In this document: one piece after another, positions 26,472 to 39,100 of the stretch
How the letters are laid out: every line of letters starts with the position of its first letter
Numbering within the stretch: the stretch's first letter is position 1
Notes under the pieces: generated by a model
What the model saw: only the letters and a program-made list of their open reading frames with translations
Told to the model about the DNA's origin: nothing
The model's database searches: none
Source of the DNA: Selaginella moellendorffii
Lineage: Eukaryota > Plantae > Lycopodiophyta
Assembly: GCF_000143415.4 (NCBI RefSeq)
Contig: NW_003314269.1
Coordinates: 3,279,060-3,343,059, forward strand
Direction: 5' to 3'
DNA length: 64,000 bases
Program-made: the position numbers and the translations under genes

Positions 26472-27844
26472 TCAAGTTTCCTTGGACTTTAATACTTTGA
26501 TCAAGCCTCTGGCAATCTTCTCAAACCAGTACAGGTTCATCACAGCAAATACAGACGTCGAGAAAAACATGAAATAGTATCCGATGGTATCTATTTCAAT
26601 CACCTGCAAAGAAGTTCGAGCTTTCAATGCAGGAGTTTCGAAGCAACACGAAATACCTCGTCATAGTGCCAGTACATGTGAGCAAAGAGGTAAACAAAGA
26701 GGACAATTCGAGCGATCTGTCTTCCAGAATTAATAAGTTAAAACTTTTTTTTCTTGTTTGTAGCAGGAGGAAGACAAACTTACCAGCCAACTCACGAAGA
26801 GTGCAATGCCATTGATTGTATAAGCACGAGTTTTCTTCATGTCCGCCGCTGCCAGGTACCTGTTGCATCCACGTTTGTCTTTTTTTTGTTAACTTATCTC
26901 TTTGGTCGTGCTTGCATGAATTCGATTTCTTGTGTACCATCGAATGTTTATAAAAGGCGTCGTGCTCTCGGACAGGAGAACCGTGTATAGATATATGTGT
27001 GCATATCCGCTATGCACTGCCAGGAAGAGCGAGATAATGGAGACAGCGTGATGAACAACCTGTTACGTATGACCGGTGAGTTTTTTTCATTGTTTTTTTT
27101 CAGTTTTGTGTACACTCACAAACTCAATCTCTCCCAGGTTCGGATAATATTTCAGCAACATCGCCATGTCCGTGATAAAGTATCCATTTGAGACCTGGAA
27201 GAACAGTATGATCGATGGAAGATTTTTCCAGCATAAAGTACCGAACCCCGAGGAAAAACTGGGTGAAGATGGTGCTCCGGAACACAACAGGCCCATACGC
27301 CACCTCTTCTCTAAACAGGTCCGAGACGAAGAAAAGATATCCGGCCACCAATGTCGCGACGACGGCGTGCGTGAAAGAGATTGCCCTGCATTATGGTCAA
27401 ACCGCGATTTCTCCATCTTCTTCACAGGTGAACTGATTCACATCCATAGCTTTTTTTCTTTTCTATGCGTTCTCTGACCACGTTTTTGACATGTAGTGAC
27501 GCGACTCACATAAACCCGCCTACAAAACTTTAAATACGACGAGCAGACCGAATTGACTTGGAATACCTGTTGTTCCACTCGACCCTGTCCTTGTCCGAGA
27601 GCTTGGTGTACGCATTTGGGAAGAGAACCGGGCCGTAAGCCTTCATCGACTCGAATGCCTGCTCGACAAGTCGATCGATCCATGGTAAATTCCTTCGTTT
27701 TTTTAATGGTTTTTTCGTTTGACTTACTAGCGTGGACATGAGAATTCCAGTGAGAATCGACGTGGCCCAGAGCAATGGCTTCTTGTAGCCAAAATCTCCC
27801 ATCACATCCTCCAGTTGGGTCTGGAAAAGCACTGCCTTCTCCAT
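26472..27844 (-). CDS. TLC-domain (TRAM/LAG1/CLN8, TMEM56-like) membrane protein, multi-exon
   Basis: Spliced pieces EWNNR|GISFTHAVV, GYFITDMAM, VVHHAVS, LLSESTTPFINIRW, NGIALFVSW and MNLYWFEKIARGLIK. Confidence 0.85.
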
Positions 27845-28333
27845 CGCCGACGTCACGAAAGAGAACCCACAGAGGAAGGAGAAGATAAAAATCCAACGTT
27901 GTGAGAATCGTGGGGACGGTGCCTCCTGATCGCGGGAAGGGATCGACGGCCGCCCGTGGCCAACGGAGGTCGCGAGTTCGAAACAGTAGAACGCCTCTCT
28001 GGAGTCACTGGTCAACATGTACGCGAGCGCGTAAAATAAAACGTACGGAATGGGCGTCTCTTTTTATATAGGGCTTTTCTCTGGTCTCTTGGCGCCCGTT
28101 AGGGATTTGGGGGCTTCGATGCGGCAGAGGGATTCTCTTCTTCTTCCGTGTAGATTCGTGTAGATTCTGGGGCTGGAATTCGACATTTCGTGGCGCTGTC
28201 TCCAATCCGCGACAGTAACGGGGGAGACTAGCCTCGGATCTTTTCTTTTCTTCCAAGAAACGGCGATCGATCGATCAGGCTGGCTCCCAGGGCGGATATT
28301 TCGAGCGCCAAGCTCTATCATCCGCCTCATCCG

Positions 28334-30202
28334 ATGATGAGAGAGCACCTGGGGTCGTTCACGGTAACAGGTGCGTTTGCTTTGGTTTTGCAAATCCACA
28401 GGAACCAAGAGCAAGTGCAGCAGCATCAAAGTCAAAGTTTCCACCAAAATTCCCAGCAGAGCCGAGAGATCCTGGCGGCCCGGCCGGATTCCGGCGATCT
28501 CGAGGCTCTGATCGCTCACATTGGCCTCACTAGCGGCGGCCTCGCCAAGACCATTGAGCTCTATGGGAATTACGTGGCCAGGCAGATTGGACTGAGGAAG
28601 AACTCCCCCGTGGCCAAGGCGCTGGCCAAGGTCGCCATGGAGTATCTCAACGGGGACAAGAGCCCCAGCGACGGTAGTCTGGAGAACATCGCGGCATTCC
28701 TCTCCAAGAGACTTAAAGACCCGAGCTCCTCGCAGATGGTCTTTGACGAGCTCGTCAAGGAGCTGGATTCGTGCATGATCTCCTACTTCTCCTTCCACTG
28801 GCAACACTCGGCACACTTGCTGGATCAAGTCCGAAGCGGGCAGAGGAACTTGAGAAGCATTGTCATGGCCGCGACGAGAAAGCATCGGTTCCAGCGAGCC
28901 ATGCAAACGCTCAAGGCGAAGCGGGCTTTCGCGACGCTGGTGGAGACGATCAAGGCCATGAAAACCATCAAGCATTTGGAAGCAAGGGAGTTGCCCGACT
29001 GTGATCATGAGCTTGGAGGAGAATTCAAGAGGCAAAGGAGGAGCCCAGTGCTGATGCTCGTTGGTGGTGGAATGGGAGCGGGCAAGAGCACCGTGGTCAA
29101 GGAGCTTCTCCACGCCACGGAGAGTATCGTGCGTCATGACGCCGTGGTGGTGGAGGCCGATGCGTTCAAGGAGGCTGATGTGCTCTACCGCTCGCTAAGC
29201 TCTGGCTCGGGCGACGTGAGCATGGCCTCCCAGCTCGTCCACGACTCCTCCACTCGGGCCGCTTCGTCGCTGCTCGTCTCGGCTCTCAACGAAGGGAGGG
29301 ACGTGATCTTCGATGGGACAATGTCGTGGGAGCCTTTCGTGATGCAGACCATCGCCATGGCCCGGGACGTCCACCGGCGGCGGTACCGCCTGGGACCCGG
29401 GTATAGGCTGGACGAGAACGGGGTTCTGGTGGAGCGGTACTGGGAGCCCGTGGAGGCGGAGGAGACGAGCATCGAGGACGAGTTCCTGGCCTCATTGGAG
29501 GAGGATCAGGAGCTCCAAAATAACAGCGATGGCGAGCAGCAGAAGGTGGTGGACGAGTTTCTAGGTACATTTTCGTCACGGCTTCCACAATCAACTAAGG
29601 TGGCTGAGAGAAAAACAAAAACCGGTGCTTCAGGGAAGCTGTGCGAGGAGGAGAGGCCGGCTTATCGGATCGTTCTCGTCGGGGTGACTTGCGACGCGCT
29701 ACTGGCGGTGGTCCGCGGGATCAGGAGGGCGATTATCACCAATCGCTTCGTGCCCATCCCCGCGCAGCTGAGATCGCACAAGATGTTCGCGGCGTCGCTG
29801 GAGAGGTACTGCGACGCGGTGGACAACGCGAGGATCTACTCGACGAGCAGGATGGGTGGCTTGCCGGAGCTGATCGGGGTGAAAGACGGGCCTGGCAAGC
29901 TCAAGAGGCTGAACGAGGCGGGGTTCGAGACCGTGAGGGACTTGGCACTGCTCAACCCGGACGCGTCCTCGGTGCTGGAGCTCTACCAGGGGAGGAGCTC
30001 GCAAGTGTGGGAGGAAGTGGTCATGGCCAGCGATAGACGATCCCGGCGGGATTTTCTGTGGGACATGCTGGTGCACGACGACGAGTCCGAGGAGGACGAC
30101 TTTTACTCGGGCTCGAGCAGTGACTATTCCACCTCGTCTTCGTCCTCCTCGGCTGCTTCCTCGGCGGATTCGCTGGATGAGATGTCCCCCCGGGACGATT
30201 GA
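28334..30202 (+). CDS. Zeta-toxin-like P-loop kinase, calmodulin-dependent NAD kinase (NADKc)-like; single exon
   Basis: RSPVLMLVGGGMGAGKST Walker A, VVVEADAFKEAD, ALNEGRDVIFDGTMSWEPFV, VRGIRRAI, QLRSHKMFA and VDNARIY. Confidence 0.88.
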   Translation: MMREHLGSFTVTGAFALVLQIHRNQEQVQQHQSQSFHQNSQQSREILAARPDSGDLEALIAHIGLTSGGLAKTIELYGNYVARQIGLRKNSPVAKALAKVAMEYLNGDKSPSDGSLENIAAFLSKRLKDPSSSQMVFDELVKELDSCMISYFSFHWQHSAHLLDQVRSGQRNLRSIVMAATRKHRFQRAMQTLKAKRAFATLVETIKAMKTIKHLEARELPDCDHELGGEFKRQRRSPVLMLVGGGMGAGKSTVVKELLHATESIVRHDAVVVEADAFKEADVLYRSLSSGSGDVSMASQLVHDSSTRAASSLLVSALNEGRDVIFDGTMSWEPFVMQTIAMARDVHRRRYRLGPGYRLDENGVLVERYWEPVEAEETSIEDEFLASLEEDQELQNNSDGEQQKVVDEFLGTFSSRLPQSTKVAERKTKTGASGKLCEEERPAYRIVLVGVTCDALLAVVRGIRRAIITNRFVPIPAQLRSHKMFAASLERYCDAVDNARIYSTSRMGGLPELIGVKDGPGKLKRLNEAGFETVRDLALLNPDASSVLELYQGRSSQVWEEVVMASDRRSRRDFLWDMLVHDDESEEDDFYSGSSSDYSTSSSSSSAASSADSLDEMSPRDD

Positions 30203-30716
30203 CAAGTGGGCAGCAGCCAGCGAAGAGGTAGCGAACAGTGACCGAGTGCGCGACCGAGTCGAGAAGAAATCGCGGCCCAAAAAAGTGATTAATCTAGTGG
30301 AGGTGAGAGAGAGAGATTTCAATCAACAGCAGGCACGACTGTCCCTACAAGTCGGGGAAGAACAGATTTTGGCCCGCGAGTTACTTCAATCAAGTGTATA
30401 TACAACTTTTCAAAAAGTATTTAGAAAGTTTTTTTAAATGTCTATTTTAAACAGAAAAGTCACGTGACATTTCAAGTCAGCAGCTCCACCAAAAACTGGT
30501 AGGTGAGAAAATTAACAAATTTATTCCCAGTTTCTCGCTCTTCTAGAAGAGTGGTTGCGAGTAATATCTAATCTGATCCCCAAGTTCACTTTGATGTGAA
30601 TTTGTAATATCTGCGATGTTAAACAGCACACGATCAAAGTACGACGTTCATGCTTTTGTGAAGGTCAATATAAGCAGAAAAAATATATGTCGGTTTTTTT
30701 CGTGTCATGGTTACTT

Positions 30717-32131
30717 TTATGCGGGAGTCACTTGGCTGAGCACGGGCATGGAATCTCCGAGGCCCTTGACGCCGCCGCCATTGGCAGATGAAGCGTCCGG
30801 GCTCTCAGCGTGCTTGACAAAATCGCTGGGGGACATATGGAGCCCGTGGCAAGAGCACACGATCTTATACTGCCCCTGGAACAGCTTGTACGCGACCCCG
30901 CTGATGGCCTTGCCGCCGGGCCCCGAGGCCGACACCCACGGCAGATCGGGTGACGAGCCCGTCCCTCCGATTTGCCCCGCCACCGTCCCCGGCCGGAGGC
31001 TGCTCAGCTCCGGATCTATGCTCTCCGCCGCTGGCATGTCCACTGTGGTGCCAAGCTGCCACATCCCCAGGAGCTGCTTCGTCTCGTCGGCGGTGGCGTT
31101 TGGATCCAGAGCTCTCGCAGTAGCTTCTGTCGCTGGATCGGCCTGAGCAGCAGCAGCAGCAGCAGCAGCGGGATTGCCGTCGTCTCTGGACGATGCTTGT
31201 GCTTGCGCGACGGGGGAGGAGTCCGAGATCGTTCTCCGCATAAGTTGGGTGGCGAGCGCCGCCATGGCGGAAGGGCCGGTTTGGTTTTGGAAAGTCCCCA
31301 GCGAGGTGGCGCGCTGCATGTGTGAGAGGCCGCCAGCGGCATTCTCGGCTCCATCTGGAACCAAGCGAGGAGATCAGAAAATCGAAAGCGCTCTGCGTTT
31401 TCTACGTTGTTCTTACCGGGTTTGTCGTCGTCCTTGGCCTTTTTGTTTTGCTTCTGCTCGTCGATGAGCATCTTTCGCTTCTTCCGCGCCTCCTGGTGCT
31501 GGAAAAACTTTCTTTGCTGCTCCACGGAATCAAGCTCGTCGTCGTCTTCGCGAGGCTGGGCCTGTTGCTGCTGCTGCTGCTGGGGCTGGTGGCCAGCAAG
31601 AGCCGACGAAGAAGACGTCGACTTTGCAGCCGCCAGGAACTTCGCTAGATCGCCCATCGAGAGAGGCATGCCGCTGGAGCTCATGAACTTTGCGGCTGGA
31701 TCGACGTGATTCATTTGCCTCCAGGCAGCGGCGGCTACGTGCGCCGCGGCGATCTGTTGCTGCTGCTGCTGGGAGGAAACGTCCGGAGAAGATGACGAGG
31801 GAGTAGCAGTAGCGGCGAGGAACTCTCGCAGCCGGGACTGTTGCTGGGATTGCTGCTGCTGTTGCTGCTGGATCATCGCCTTTCTCAGCCACAGCTCCTG
31901 GCTGCTGTGATTATTGGTCCTAGAGATCCATTCCTCTTCGTGCGCCGAAGAATCCCCATCTCCAGTCACTGTAGCTGCTGCTGCTGCTGCTGCCAATGAC
32001 GACGATTTCTTCTCCAGCGACGATCCCCCTCCTCCTCCTCCTCCCAGAGATAATCCCAGGCTAAGCTCCAGGCCGCTCTCATCCTCGTGGATCAGGAGCT
32101 TCTTCTTTAAATCCCTGCTACCGTCCTCCAT
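30717..32131 (-). CDS. NINJA/AFP-family co-repressor; exons 32131-31417, 31354-30717
   Basis: EAR motif LELSLGLSLG, B-domain HQEARKKRK, C-domain PWVSASGPGGKAISG...IVCSCHGLHMSPSDFVKHA. PolyQ and polyA tracts. Confidence 0.9.
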
Positions 32132-32475
32132 AATTGAGAAATTCTAGAGCTACCTTCCACCTAGATATCGATCCCAGTGTGGCGCGCTAAACAGACCTCT
32201 CGATCGAGCTCTCCGCATTCCCATCCCTGGCAGCCATGGCCGTAGCTGTAAGCCCTAGAGCGAATATGCTTATCTGACCGTACATTGCCAAGTCATTGGC
32301 CACGTAATAGGTGAAGTTGCCACACACGCCCTAATCCTGTAGGAACAACGTGCAGTGTAGGGCCACCTTGTCACATACAACACGCAGGCCAGGCCAACTT
32401 TTCTTGCTTTTGTGCATGTGAGGATCCATTTTCCCTTGCTATATAAATGTGGATCAATCTATCCTTTATAGAGCG

Positions 32476-32992
32476 ATGAAGATGATAGTGGTGCTTCTTG
32501 TGTTCTTGCTGGGCGTGAATGTGGCTCTTGTCACTGGAGGAAGGCGAATCCTGGAAGGTGAATTGTATGATCTTACATCTCTTGGTTCATTGAGTTTGAC
32601 GATTGTAAATTCCAGAGGATCCACTTCCAGAGCCTGGAAAAGAGGAGCCGCTTCCAAACCCACAATTGCCTGAGCCTGGCAAGGCGGAGCCACTTCCAAA
32701 CCCAGAAGATCAGCCATTGCCGGAGCCTGGCAAGGAGAAGCCACTTCCAAATCCAGATGATGCCAAGCCATTGCCGGAGCCTGGCAAGGAGAAGCCACTT
32801 CCAAATCCAGATGATGCCAAGCCATTGCCGGAGCCTGGCAAGGAGAAGCCACTTCCAAATCCAGGCCATGCCAAGCCATTGCCAGAGCCTGGAAAGGAGG
32901 TATCACTTCCAAAACCAGAAGATCCGCTTCCACTTCCAAATCCAGGTGATAAACCACTGCCGGAACCTGATAAAGGAAAACCAGCCCCATAA
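32476..32992 (+). CDS. Secreted proline-rich tandem-repeat protein (PELPK-like); intron 32558-32615
   Basis: Signal peptide MKMIVVLLVFLLGVNVALVTG followed by GRRILE. A phase-1 intron joins to 54-bp repeats encoding PLPEPGKEKPLPNPDDAK. TATA-like tatataaat about 35 bp upstream. Confidence 0.8.
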
Positions 32993-33959
32993 TTATTAAA
33001 TGAAATCGTGATTATTACCTGAAATTCTTAATAAAAGATATCATGTGAAGAACATTTTGCTTGCCTTACTCTTTGCTGTAAACTATTGTCAAGAGTATGA
33101 TCATCATGGCTAGATATCATGCATGAAATCATTATTAAGATAAATAAAGAAATTTGATGAAATTTTTGAGCTTGTTAATATATAGTCTATTATTTAATCT
33201 AGGTGTATCTTGATTGGTTTGCTATAATATATAATACATTATTTAATCCAGGGAGATTCTTATATATGGTACATTGGACATTACAAAAACACAGTAGGAT
33301 GAGCCAAAATTAAAGTAGCAAATTGAGCACTAGTATCCATTATGATCTTTAGCTTTTTGGTCATTTGCTGGTATTGGATTTTCATATCTCAAACTATCTC
33401 GTAGATGCTCTAGTGTTTGATTTAAGTGCAGACCATTCTTGAGCTCACGAACTGAAGATTTGAGCTTGCAAGTTGAGTTTAATTTTTAATTTTAATTTAA
33501 TAAAAAATAAAATAAAATTTAAAATATTAAAGTTATAGACACCTTATATAAATAAAAATATTCTAAAGGACACTTTTTGTTCTAACAATTTAAATATTAA
33601 CTATATGTCATAATAAGGATGTTTGTTAAAACATAAAATAAGATGTTTGCAAGAAAATTATTCTTGTCATTTTCTTAAATCTATACTATGTGCTTTCTAG
33701 TTAGTAAATGTCAAGTTTGTCAGAATTTTAAAATTATTAAATTTAAAATAGAATTTTACATAAGGCTATATAACTATTTGAAAAGAAAAAAATAACAACT
33801 ATTGATGTAAATTTGTTGCATATAAAAGTGAAATTTGATTCTTCTCTAGAATACATTCTTGAAAGGTTTGTCATAGTATAGTATTTAAAATTTATGGATC
33901 TTCAATCACACTCTTATTTGAAGAGAGGGAAATATATATAAATGTTTGTGAGTTTTAAT

Positions 33960-34764
33960 GTTGGTAATTTTAACTCTTGCAATCTTTCTTCTTAGAGTAA
34001 TAATTCAAGGGCTAGAAGTTACAATAGTTGCTCTATTGCACAACACAACCAAATCATACAAGAAAAAAAAAAGGATAATGAAGATAATGATCACAAATTA
34101 GAGATAAATGCAATGATAGAAGATGCAATAAATTGGGTGAAAAAGAATGTTTTTCTATTAATTTTAGAAAATTATAATTCTCTGACTTTAAAAAAATGCC
34201 CTATATGTTTTTTGGCTTCTGATGACAATAGCAATGATCAATATGATAGTATATATGCTTTGCGACACATTACAACATCATGCATCCAACAAACTACCAT
34301 GAAATATTTTTTGAGATGGTAAAGACAAAAATAGAGATATACAAGTATTATGGGCAATATTGCAAAAAAAACTTGCAAATATATCAAATGAAAAGTATGA
34401 TTTTTTATTAATTATATAAAGTATAATAAGTTTATATTATTGATAGAGAATAAATATCAATAGTTTTGGAAAATCTAGTCAACTTCAAAAGTTTTCTACA
34501 ATTCAGCAATAGTAAAAATTGTTTAGTGTATATGAATATCCACTTTAGGATCTTAGTGTAAGATATTAATAAAGATGTAGTACATATTTTTGCAAGGAGC
34601 ATATACCTTCTTATGTTCCTTATGGTTCTTAAAGTCTAGACATGTGGGTGAAGGAAGGTCTTGAATGATAATTGTATACTCTCCACCTTCTATTTTCACA
34701 ATGTACTCCTTTGTTAGAGCATTTGAGCTAAACTTATTTTACTCTATTTCTGTTTGAAGATGTA
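33960..34764 (-). repeat. Decayed dispersed repeat with a SWIM zinc-finger relic (host sequence of the DNA transposon; continues after 48479)
   Basis: Aligns with 54881-55800. The minus strand translates EYTIIIQDLPSPTCLDF...PCKNMYYIFINILH; the second copy reads HPSCTC*DF...CKYMYYIFVNILH. Confidence 0.6.
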
Positions 34765-35206
34765 AAGCTCTATTTTGTTAAAGTGGGAATTGTCATTATC
34801 CCACTTGTAAAATAAGGTTTCCAAACCTTTATATAGTATATAAATATAACAAAATTCAACTGCATTGAGGCACATGCCATTTTATTTTAAACAAGGAAAT
34901 GTCTACTCAATCACTTCTCCTCCCCCTGCCACTGCTTCACCTCTCTCTTCTCCTTGTCATCGTCGTCCAATTTCTTTCCATCCTTTTAATATTGGCTCAG
35001 TTGCTCCGAGTCTAGGTGGAGCCCAAGTCCCCATTCAATCTTTACTTTCCCCTTATTAATAAAACAACTTCGTAGACTTCCAATAACATGCTATAACACT
35101 TCTAGTATAATGCAAATCCTCTCAAAGAATTGTCTTTTAATATTAATACAATGGCATGGAACCCCATGCCATAATAAGTTACATTTTTAAATAAATACAT
35201 GCCATC

Positions 35207-36091
35207 TCAGACTGTTATTTTTTGCCTCGAACGCCTATACAATAATCTTGGAATTTCATCACTCTCCACACTATCAGGATTTAAACCCAATAGTAATGCC
35301 ATCTCTTCTCTAATACGTCCACGCTCATGTTCAGTGGTCGAAGAACCCATCCGGTTGAGCAGATTATGGAGATGCGGATAGTGCTTGGCTAGACAATATA
35401 CATGCCATAAATGATGACTGGTGTCTGTCCGATCAAATGGCTTCTGATATACCGTTCCATCTGCCATTTGGTTGATTTCTGCAGCCACCTCTTGGACTGG
35501 CCGGTTCTCTATCACCATCGCTCCAAGCCGTTTTGCAAGGTCCCCCAGAACATACGGTTTTTTCTCCCTAGTTTCCATACTACAAGAGATGGGGTGCATT
35601 GCATATGTGTGCGTGTTCGCTGCAATTTTAATCGGCGAGTCATCGATGATGAGGATTTCACTTGACCTAGCAGTCCGGTTCATCACTACAGCCTCTGGCT
35701 TGACGAAGATGGGCTTGCTACCCCTCACATGGACCATAATCAAGCAATCCTCCTGCGTTAGGAGAAAGTCAAATGGTAATATTACTCGCGTCTGATCGTG
35801 CATCATCTGTAGCAACGTTAATGCATTGTGGCGCATCATGGATGTCCAAACTCCCAATTGCAAATTGAACCCGGCCCTCTGTTTTAAGTGTCGCATGGTC
35901 ATTATTAGATCCCGCAGTTTCTCCCGTGTGATTAATGTGAATCTGTCTCTTTTGACCAACTTGCGACCGCAAGCTTTGGAGGGTGCAGTGACATTCGAGG
36001 ACGAGCCACGCTCATGGGAGAAAAGGACACCGTTCAGATCAAAAACGATACAGTACTTTCGCCGTGACTTTGAAATGAAATGCGTCAGCAT
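35207..36091 (-). CDS. FCP1/NIF-like HAD phosphatase domain (transposon cargo)
   Basis: IVFDLNGVLF (HAD motif I variant), GVWTSMM (motif II), LLTQEDC, KPIFVK (motif III) and ILIIDDSPIK..AN (motif IV). Confidence 0.72.
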   Translation of the reverse strand: MLTHFISKSRRKYCIVFDLNGVLFSHERGSSSNVTAPSKACGRKLVKRDRFTLITREKLRDLIMTMRHLKQRAGFNLQLGVWTSMMRHNALTLLQMMHDQTRVILPFDFLLTQEDCLIMVHVRGSKPIFVKPEAVVMNRTARSSEILIIDDSPIKIAANTHTYAMHPISCSMETREKKPYVLGDLAKRLGAMVIENRPVQEVAAEINQMADGTVYQKPFDRTDTSHHLWHVYCLAKHYPHLHNLLNRMGSSTTEHERGRIREEMALLLGLNPDSVESDEIPRLLYRRSRQKITV

Positions 36092-36116
36092 AAAAAATGG
36101 TACAAGTCAATTTTAC

Positions 36117-39100
36117 CATCTACAATATTAGCGAATGGTGCTCCCGATGGTTGTTGAGAGGGTTTTGGTCGAGGAAACGTGAAGGGCGGAAATACTCTCC
36201 TCTGCAATGTGGGGTCAATCGCATCCGATGGCGTGTGGGCACATGCCATTTCAGCTGTAGACTCTGGTACAACTGGCTCAACAGTGGCATGGGGTGGTTC
36301 CGATGGCGTGTGATCACACGCCATTTCAACTGGTGCCTCCGTTGGCAAAGTGGACATGACCGAACAGGCAGCAGGGGCGGTGTAGGGAGGTTCCAACGGC
36401 GCGTAGTCAGACGATTGGGCACACGTTGAGTCCGTTGGAAATGAGGATACGACCGGCTTGGTGGCTGGGGCGGCCTTATGCGGGTCCAATGGCGCCTGGT
36501 CACTGTCAGTTGGATACGTGGACAAGATTGACTTAGTGGTATGGGCAGCATCAAGTGGAGCGTGGTTAGCTTGCTTGGCGTTGATATGGATAGTAGCCTC
36601 CACCAGCTCTGATGACTCTTGCAGGCAAGTAGAGTCCACTGGCGGATCCATATGCATGTCCAAATATCTCTCTTCGATTGAGATGGTATCCTCCCGTGCT
36701 ACTAAAAACAAACTCATTAGCACATTGAATCGACTATACTGTATTTACCATCAACTGCTATTGAGGAACTAGGACCGATATCACTTGGGGGCACTGCTGA
36801 TTCTGAAGGATTGGACATACGTTTCGACCCTTGCTTGGCACTATCCTTCCTCGACACTAAAGGTTAGAGTTTGTAAATTCAACTGAATAATCTCTACTTA
36901 CCATTTGCTCTGCGACCTATATGGACAATGTTAGAAATGGTAAAAGGTTAGGAATGGATGTACTATTATTTACCTGATGGTTTGTCTTGTATGACCTTCC
37001 TCCGCTGCTCTTTGGCCACCTCAGGCTGGCCATTGTCGTCATCATCATCGTCGTCGTTATTATGATCGTCACCATTGTGAGGACTATCCAAGTCCTCTTC
37101 GTCCTCCTCTTCTTCGTCCTCCTCTTCTTTGTCCTCCTCTTCGTCCTTCTGCTCTTCCTGCTCATTATCTTTCTCTGGCTCCTCATCCCCCTCCTGCATT
37201 TCTTCGATAGGCTGCTCAGGCTGGATGGCTTGTTCTTCCAGGACCATCTTGGGAAAATCATCTGGCCGAGTCTCCATCTCAAAATACAAGACATCCATAG
37301 CCTGTTTTAGTGCGTGATCTAGGACTGTATCCTCACCCGACTGTCTTAACATGGTTTCTGCACGTTCTTGCACCCTTCGAAGACGACGAGATGAGAAAAA
37401 CGTGGCCCTGACTTGAAAAGCATCCCTCATCCATTGTACCTCTCCATTGAGATTGGGGAAGGGGAGTCCGCCATAGGAATCTGAGTCAGGAGGTGGTGAC
37501 TGGCTGCTTTCACTCAGCCCTTGATCTGCAATGAATGGCATGAGCACACACGCCATAACCGCGAGGCATTACCTATCATCTTTTCGTTGCCCTTCTTCCT
37601 TTTCGAATCAAACGCCTCTGATCCCGACGATTGTCCAACGTGCTTTCGCTTTTTATGACCACTGTCAGTTTGAGCTTGGCTGGTGCTTGCCTGTTTTGCC
37701 TTTGAAGAAGTGTCTCCTGCAAGGAATGGCATGAGACCACACGCCATTGCAAATATAATTTGTACCTCCTTTTTTCCTATTGCTTGTCTATTTGTCCTTC
37801 TTCGACGCGCCACCAGTGCGCTTTTCAGTCCTCGTGTCTGAATATTCACAACGATCTATAATCAAAATGGCGTGAAGCCTCATGTGACCTTACCTTGTGT
37901 AGGTTGTGAGCTCGGCCCAACATGGGTATCTTCAACAGTAGCTGTTAACGCCATTTCAGCATCTGGGGGTGGCCATGCTCCTGCATACAGAGGTTGTGAG
38001 ATAACATTTAAACTTAAAGTGCGTACTCACCAGGTTCACAGAGAAGATACTGTTTTTCTTTGGCAACTGTAATTATATGCTCCATTGAAGTCACCTCTTC
38101 AATGGAGTTTGTCACCGCAACACACGGGACACTCTTGAGTAGTGCGGCTCGAAAGAATAGTCCGCCGCAGTTGTACTCGACAACGCATTTGCCCTTGGAG
38201 TCGGAAGTAGGTGACCCACCCGCTATTGCGTTGAAGACCCAGCTGAGCATTTCCCATGCTGCACCTGGAGCTTTCTTTGGATTCGAAAGCTCCATAGCCG
38301 TCTTCAGTTCCTCAGGCACGGGTAAATTCACCTCCCTCAGATCAATTCGATCGGCCTTGTCAAACGAAGCTGGGAAGTCACTCCAGTCCCACTCTGCTGC
38401 AGGACCAATAACAAGGGCAAGTGTGAAGATGCGGAAATTTGTCAGTATCTTCTTCTTAGCCATTATCCCATGGATCTCCCGCATCTCCTTGCCTTTCAAC
38501 CGAGCCTTCACCTTGTTCAAGGCCTTCTAGAACTTGTGATAGGATTCGGAGTCGTAGATCATATAGTGGACTGAAGATTCCACCTCCGCAAGTCCCACCA
38601 TTAAGTCAATGATGGAGCTGACTTCGTCTGCATGAGTGATCTCCTCGTTTGTGAAGTCCATCACACAAAAGATGTTCTTGACCTGCTCATCTCCGCGGGA
38701 AACGATGCTCCTCCACCTTTGATCCTCATCCGAATTCACGTATACCCGGTAAGGTTCTCGATAGGCCTCTGCTGCGGGGTCGAGCTGTTTCTGAAGCCGG
38801 CGGTCGACATCCCTCTTAATGAAATTTGGATACTGATCCAACTTCTCAGCTTTACTTTTCGTGGCATCCCGCAGCAGATCGATGAACTTGGGGGCCCCCT
38901 TCACGTACTCGTCGATGTCTTCATTTGACAAGTCCAGCTCTTCCATCATCTCTTGCGTGGTGTCGATGCTCACCCTCGCCACGGCCACTTGCTCGAAGAT
39001 CCAATCCTTCAATAGCGCACGAGCTCTCAGAGTCGTGCACAAGTCCTCGTATGTCACAATATGGCCGGGAGTCATTTTGGTCTTGTTGAAGACTACCTCA

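Noticed and set aside
28064-29137. 357-aa antisense ORF and other long overlapping ORFs in GC-rich genes
   Set aside because: Shadow frames of real genes on the opposite strand, with no recognisable motifs.
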